From NCBI GenBank assembly GCA_035274425.1, contig DATEOC010000017.1:5456-69455 (forward strand): a DNA stretch of 64,000 bases, given 5' to 3'. A program made the translations under genes and the position numbers. Below the pieces are notes generated by a model, which saw only the letters and a program-made list of their open reading frames with translations, was not told the origin of the DNA and searched no databases. Shown here in pieces: positions 59,463-64,000 of the stretch. The stretch comes from Chloroflexia bacterium (GTDB taxonomy: Bacteria > Chloroflexota > Chloroflexia > QHBQ01 > JADMIH01). Every line of letters starts with the position of its first letter. The stretch's first letter is position 1.

Positions 59463-62400
59463 ATGAACAGAGATACTAGCCCTACGCCAACGGCAGAACT
59501 TACCCTTGAGCAGAAGCGCGCCCTTCTCGCGCAACAGCTAGCCAAGCGGCAGAAGCCTCGTGCGTTCTCTACATCGTTTGCTCAGCAACGGCTCTGGCTC
59601 GTTGACCAACTTGAGCCTGGCAATGCATTCTACAACGTACCTATCGCCACCCGCCTGACCGGGCCACTCGACGTTGCAACACTGGAGCGGAGCCTCGCTG
59701 AGGTAGTGCGCCGCCACGATGACCTGCGCACTACCTTCTCGGTTGTGGAAGGCCAGCCTATGCAGGTTGTCGCCTCGATGGTCAAGGTGCCTTTACAGGG
59801 CGTGGACCTGCGACATCTGCCTGAGGAAGCGCGGGAGGCAGAGGCCAAACGCATCACCGAAGAGGAGGCGCGCAGGCCGTTTGACCTAGTGCAGGGTCCA
59901 CTTATACGAACCATCCTCCTGCGAACGGGTGAGGAGGAGCACCTGCTGATGCTGACGATGCACCATATCGTCTCTGACGGTTGGTCCATGCAGATTTTCT
60001 ACGAGGAATTGGAGGCGCTCTACAACGCCTTCACGGAGGGGAAGCCATCGCCGCTCCCTGAGTTGCCGGTACAGTACGCCGATTACGCGGTGTGGCAGCG
60101 AAACTGGCTACAGGGCGACGTTCTGCAAGCGCAGCTTGACTACTGGAAGAAGCAGCTAGAAGGCGCGCCTCCCCTGCTGGAACTGCCGACTGACCGCCCA
60201 CGCCCTCCCGCACAGACCTTCAAGGGCGACCACGAGTCTATAGTGCTGCCTACGAGCCTGGCACAACAGTTGGAAGCGCTGGGGAGAAGAGAGGGGGCCA
60301 CCCTCTTCATGACCTTACTCGCGGCGTTCGGGACGCTGCTCCACCGCTACACAGGGCAGGCAGACATCGTCATAGGCTCTCCCATCGCGGGCCGCACCCA
60401 CGAGGAGCTTGAGGGACTGATCGGATTCTTCGTCAATACGCTGGTGTTGCGATCAAACTTTGCGGGGGACCCTACCTTCCGTGAATTGCTCAAGAGGGTG
60501 AGGGAGACCGCGTTGGGGGCATATGCTCACCAGGATGTACCTTTCGAGAAGCTGGTCGAGGAGCTGCAACCTGGGCGCGACATGAGCCGGACCCCTTTCT
60601 TCCAGGTGATGTTCGTGCTACAGAACGCGCCCATCCCTGACCCCAAATTGAAGGGCCTTCAGGCCAAGACATTCATTGTGGACAGCGGCACGGCCAAGTT
60701 CGACCTGACGCTGGATATGCAGAACGAAGAGGATGGGCTGCACGGGGACCTGGAATACAACACTGACCTGTACGACGCATCAACCATCAGGCGTATGCTG
60801 GGACACTTCCAAACGCTCCTTGAGGGTATCGTCTCCGATCCTACACTTAGGGTATCGGAGCTACCATTGCTTAGCGGTGACGAACGGCAGCAGTTGCTGG
60901 TGGAGTGGAACAGCACATACAGGGAGTACCCGCACGATAGGTGCATACACCAGTTGTTCGAGGAGCAGGTAGAGAAGACACCTGACGCCGTAGCTGTAGT
61001 GTTCGGTGACGAGCAGTTGACTTGCGGGGAGTTGAACAGTAGAGCGAACAAGCTGGCACGACATCTGCGAAAATTGGGAGTAGGGCCGGAGGTGCTGGTA
61101 GGGCTGTGCGTGGAGCGCTCCATTGAGATGGTGGTAGGGCTGTTGGGGATACTGAAGGCAGGGGGGGCATACGTTCCCCTGGACCCTTCCTACCCCAAAG
61201 ATAGGCTTGCGCACATACTGGAAGATAGTCGCGCTCCCGTGCTAGTCACGCAAAGTACGCTCAGCCTGGCGAGCGAACTATCTCATAAGGTGCAAACTGT
61301 CTATCTTGACAGGGACTGGACAGCTATCGAGGGTGAGAGTGGTGAGAACCTCGACCAGCAAGGGATAAGCGTAACGCCGGACAACATGGCGTATGCCATC
61401 TACACCTCCGGCTCTACCGGCCTGCCGAAGGGGGTGCTTGGCCTGCATCGCGGGGCCATCAATCGCTTCCGGTGGATGTGGGAGACCTACCCTTTCACAG
61501 AGGGCGAGGTCTGCTGCCAGAAGACCGCCCTGAGCTTCGTCGACTCGATCTGGGAGATATTCGGCCCATTGCTACAGAGCGTTTCGCTAGCTATCATCCC
61601 TGACGAGGTGTTGAAGGACCCACAGCTGTTCGTGGGTGCGCTCGCAAAAGCGGGAGTTACGCGTCTTGTGCTTGTGCCCTCTCTTCTTCGGGTGCTATTG
61701 GAAACTGATCACGATCTCGATGCCAAACTGCCCAGGTTGAAGGTGTGGGCGACCAGCGGCGAGGCGCTTTCGACGGATCTGGCGCACCGCTTCAAGATGA
61801 TGCTCCCTGGCCGTACCCTGCTGAATATCTACGGCTCGTCGGAAGTGTCCGCCGACGTGACCTGGCACGACCTGAGCCGAGAGAGCGCCGACCTCACACG
61901 AGTACCCATTGGCCGCCCCATCGCCAATACCCAGGTGTACCTGCTTGACAGGCAGATGCAGCCCGTGCCTATAGGCGTGCCCGGTGAGGTGTACGTGGGC
62001 GGGGCCAACATGGCGCGAGGCTATGTTGGGAAGCCGGAGTTGACAGCCGAACGGTTCGTGCCCAACCCCTTTGGGAGTGCGGAATTCGGAGTGCGGAGTG
62101 CGGAGTTAGACGAAGGACGAAGGACGAAAGACGAATATTCAGAAGGCAGAGGGCAGAAGGCAGAAGGCAGTAATCATACTCCGCACTCCACACTCCACAC
62201 TCCGCACTTGGAAGGGCGTCTGTACAAGATGGGCGACCTTGCCCGCTACCTCCCAGATGGCAGCATAGAGTACCTGGGTCGGGCCGATTACCAGACGAAG
62301 ATACATGGCTTCCGCATCGAACCGGACGAGATCGCGGCCACTCTCGCGCAGCATGATGCCGTCCGAGAGTGCGTGGTTATCGTCCGAGAGGACGAGCCTG

Positions 62401-62963
62401 GCGACAGACGCCTGGTGGCTTACACCGTTTTAGGCGAGCCGGGGAGCGCGACGGTGGGGGACCTGCGGCTCTTCTTGAGGCAGAAGCTGCCCGACTACAT
62501 GGTCCCTTCGTCATTTGTGTTCCTAGACGCATTGCCGCTGACGCCGAGCGGTAAGGTAGACCGCCGGGCGCTCCCCGCGCCTGGGCAGGAGGCGGTTGAA
62601 GAGGATAGCGGCTACGTGGCGCCACGCGACGCAATAGAGGAAGTGCTGGCCGATATGTGGGCCGAGATGCTGCGGCTGGAGCGGGTAGGCGTCTACAGCA
62701 ACTTCTTCGACCTGCGCGGGCACTCCCTCCTGGCGATGCAGCTTGTCTCCCGGGTCCGCGATGCGTTCCGGGTGGAGCTTCCGCTGCGCAAGATGTTCGA
62801 GGACCCTACAGTCGCGGGCATGGCGGCTGCGCTGGTCGCGCAGGAGCCGAAGCCGGGGCGCACCCTGAAGGCCGCCCAGATTCTGCAACAACTCGAAGGT
62901 ATGTCTGAGGCCGAGGTCCTCAGCACGCTCCGGGAGCAGCAAGCGAAGCGAGGTGCTCCTTGA
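59463..62963 (+). CDS. Non-ribosomal peptide synthetase, one module: C-A-PCP
   Basis: HHIVSDGWS. A-domain cores LKAGGAYVPLDP, YTSGSTGLPKG, NIYGSSE, GEVYVGGANMARGYV, YKMGDLA, GRADYQTKIHGFRIEPDEI, SGKVDRR. PCP FFDLRGHSLLAMQ (Arg in place of the usual Gly before the HS). Confidence 0.9.
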   Translation: MNRDTSPTPTAELTLEQKRALLAQQLAKRQKPRAFSTSFAQQRLWLVDQLEPGNAFYNVPIATRLTGPLDVATLERSLAEVVRRHDDLRTTFSVVEGQPMQVVASMVKVPLQGVDLRHLPEEAREAEAKRITEEEARRPFDLVQGPLIRTILLRTGEEEHLLMLTMHHIVSDGWSMQIFYEELEALYNAFTEGKPSPLPELPVQYADYAVWQRNWLQGDVLQAQLDYWKKQLEGAPPLLELPTDRPRPPAQTFKGDHESIVLPTSLAQQLEALGRREGATLFMTLLAAFGTLLHRYTGQADIVIGSPIAGRTHEELEGLIGFFVNTLVLRSNFAGDPTFRELLKRVRETALGAYAHQDVPFEKLVEELQPGRDMSRTPFFQVMFVLQNAPIPDPKLKGLQAKTFIVDSGTAKFDLTLDMQNEEDGLHGDLEYNTDLYDASTIRRMLGHFQTLLEGIVSDPTLRVSELPLLSGDERQQLLVEWNSTYREYPHDRCIHQLFEEQVEKTPDAVAVVFGDEQLTCGELNSRANKLARHLRKLGVGPEVLVGLCVERSIEMVVGLLGILKAGGAYVPLDPSYPKDRLAHILEDSRAPVLVTQSTLSLASELSHKVQTVYLDRDWTAIEGESGENLDQQGISVTPDNMAYAIYTSGSTGLPKGVLGLHRGAINRFRWMWETYPFTEGEVCCQKTALSFVDSIWEIFGPLLQSVSLAIIPDEVLKDPQLFVGALAKAGVTRLVLVPSLLRVLLETDHDLDAKLPRLKVWATSGEALSTDLAHRFKMMLPGRTLLNIYGSSEVSADVTWHDLSRESADLTRVPIGRPIANTQVYLLDRQMQPVPIGVPGEVYVGGANMARGYVGKPELTAERFVPNPFGSAEFGVRSAELDEGRRTKDEYSEGRGQKAEGSNHTPHSTLHTPHLEGRLYKMGDLARYLPDGSIEYLGRADYQTKIHGFRIEPDEIAATLAQHDAVRECVVIVREDEPGDRRLVAYTVLGEPGSATVGDLRLFLRQKLPDYMVPSSFVFLDALPLTPSGKVDRRALPAPGQEAVEEDSGYVAPRDAIEEVLADMWAEMLRLERVGVYSNFFDLRGHSLLAMQLVSRVRDAFRVELPLRKMFEDPTVAGMAAALVAQEPKPGRTLKAAQILQQLEGMSEAEVLSTLREQQAKRGAP
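62075..62208. repeat. In-frame composite heptamer insertion (CGGAGTG x3, GACGAAG x3, GAAGGCA x4, then reverse-complement CCGCACT/CCACACT units) in the A6-A7 loop of adenylation domain 4
   Basis: gagtgcggaattcggagtgcggagtgcggagttagacgaaggacgaaggacgaaagacgaat...gaaggcagagggcagaaggcagaaggcag...actccgcactccacactccacactccgcact. It encodes GSAEFGVRSAELDEGRRTKDEYSEGRGQKAEGSNHTPHSTLHTPHLE. Confidence 0.85.
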
Positions 62964-64000
62964 TGGATGACGTTGCCAACGCTGCCGAACTGGCTGCCAG
63001 GAAGCGCGAGTTGCTCGCGCTTCTCCTGGACGAGGATGAGGAGGATACTGCGGAGCCATATACCATTGTCAGGCAAGAGAGCCGCACCGACCTGCCCCTG
63101 TCGTTTGCCCAGCAGAGGCTCTGGTTTCTGGACCAGCTTGAGCCGGGCAACCCCTTCTACACCATCCCGGTTGCCATGCGCCTGTCGGGTCCTCTCGACG
63201 TAGACGCATTGGAGCGGAGCCTCACCGAGATTGTGCGCCGCCACGAGGTCTTCCGCACAACGTTCCCATCAAGGGACGGCCAGCCTGTGCAGATGATTGC
63301 CCCCTCCGCATCATTGTCTGTGCCCCTTGTGGACCTTCACGACCTGCCTGCCCATGAGCGAGAGAGCAAGGTCCAACGGATGGCTGAAGAGGAAGCGCGC
63401 AGGCCGTTCGACCTCGCTAAGGGTCCCATCGTGCGGGCGCACCTTTTTCGCCTGGACGAACGTGAGCACGTGCTGCTCCTCACGATGCACCACATAATGG
63501 CCGATGGCTGGTCTTACGGCGTGCTGCTTGGGGAGCTTGGGCCGCTCTACAACGCCTTCACGCGTGGTCAGCAATCGCCGCTCCCTGATCTGCCCGTGCA
63601 GTATGCCGATTACGCGGTGTGGCAGCGAGGCTGGCTGCAAGGTGAGACGCTGGACAACCAGCTTGACTATTGGAAAGGCCAATTGATGGGTGCTCCTCCT
63701 CTGCTGGAGCTGCCCACTGACCGCCCACGCCCTCCCGCACAGACGTACAGGGGCGCTCACGAGTCTGTGGTCCTGCCCAAGAGCCTGACGCGACAACTGG
63801 AAGGGTTAGGGAGGCAAGAAGGGGCCACCCTATTTATGACCTTGCTTGCGGCGTTCGGAGCGCTGCTCCACCGCTACACGGGGCAGAGCGACATAGTGAT
63901 AGGCTCTCCCATCGCGGGGCGCACCAGGCCCGAAGTCGAAGGGTTGATCGGGCTGTTCGCCAACACGCTCGTCATGAGATTGGACGTGGGCGGGAATCCT
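62963..64000 (+). CDS. Fourth NRPS gene (5' part only; runs off the window): N-terminal docking region + condensation domain
   Basis: The ATG at 62963 overlaps the upstream TGA (TGATGG). My own translation: MDDVANAAELAARKRELLALLLDEDEEDTAEPYTIVRQESRTDLPLSFAQQRLWFLDQLEPGNPFYTIPVAMRL...HHIMADGWS.... It is not in the ORF track because there is no stop in the window. Confidence 0.85.
   Translation, partial: MDDVANAAELAARKRELLALLLDEDEEDTAEPYTIVRQESRTDLPLSFAQQRLWFLDQLEPGNPFYTIPVAMRLSGPLDVDALERSLTEIVRRHEVFRTTFPSRDGQPVQMIAPSASLSVPLVDLHDLPAHERESKVQRMAEEEARRPFDLAKGPIVRAHLFRLDEREHVLLLTMHHIMADGWSYGVLLGELGPLYNAFTRGQQSPLPDLPVQYADYAVWQRGWLQGETLDNQLDYWKGQLMGAPPLLELPTDRPRPPAQTYRGAHESVVLPKSLTRQLEGLGRQEGATLFMTLLAAFGALLHRYTGQSDIVIGSPIAGRTRPEVEGLIGLFANTLVMRLDVGGNP

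Noticed and set aside
49198-63796. Dozens of 60-260-aa ORFs on the minus strand and in alternate frames across the NRPS genes (e.g. 52495..53274-, 55132..55659-, 58864..59430-, 62693..63244-)
   Set aside because: High-GC coding DNA routinely yields long open antisense frames. All are nested within NRPS genes carrying canonical C/A/PCP motifs.

Overview
This is a high-GC (~60%) window, probably from a Terrabacteria/Chloroflexota-like genome (an inference from SLH anchors and Thr/Pro linkers). It contains four main things.

- 1-15.5 kb: a cluster of giant secreted or SLH-anchored proteins. A partial EEP-family extracellular nuclease runs off the left edge, followed by a 1.6k-aa protein with two LTDs, a PLD/HKD domain, a CBM and SLH repeats. 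Nearby are a GT2 glycosyltransferase, an orphan Rad52-like annealing protein, an LTD + 3xPPC secreted protein, a His-rich membrane protein and a putative SGNH hydrolase.
- 15.5-32.7 kb: a housekeeping block. It holds an APC permease, proline dehydrogenase, fhs, folD, a histidine phosphatase, a GNAT, a polyprenyl synthase, hemW, maf, ruvA, a 790-aa hypothetical and a SAM methyltransferase.
- 32.8-48.8 kb: a tRNA-Gly - HNH gene - tRNA-Leu locus, then a ~15.4 kb integrated element inserted at the 3' end of tRNA-Leu. The 17-bp att core recurs at 48805-48821. The element carries a tyrosine integrase, Xis-like HTHs, a second HNH endonuclease, an XRE regulator, a Prim-Pol/P-loop replication protein, a C-protein + DNA methyltransferase + candidate restriction endonuclease, a MmeI-like C-terminal remnant and a full-length DnaE-family polymerase.
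- 49.1-64 kb: an NRPS cluster of four collinear genes (C-A-PCP-C-A-PCP; C-A-PCP; C-A-PCP; C...), continuing past the right edge.

The most unusual signal is a genome-wide family of heptanucleotide tandem repeats (GACGGAC, GATAGAC, GGATTTT/CCAAAAT, GAGTGCG, GAAGGCA, GACGAAG, GTGAAAC, TACTCGC...). They build palindromic hairpins in intergenic regions, and they are also inserted in frame as 78-140 bp elements into the A6-A7 loop of all four NRPS adenylation domains and into one housekeeping gene.
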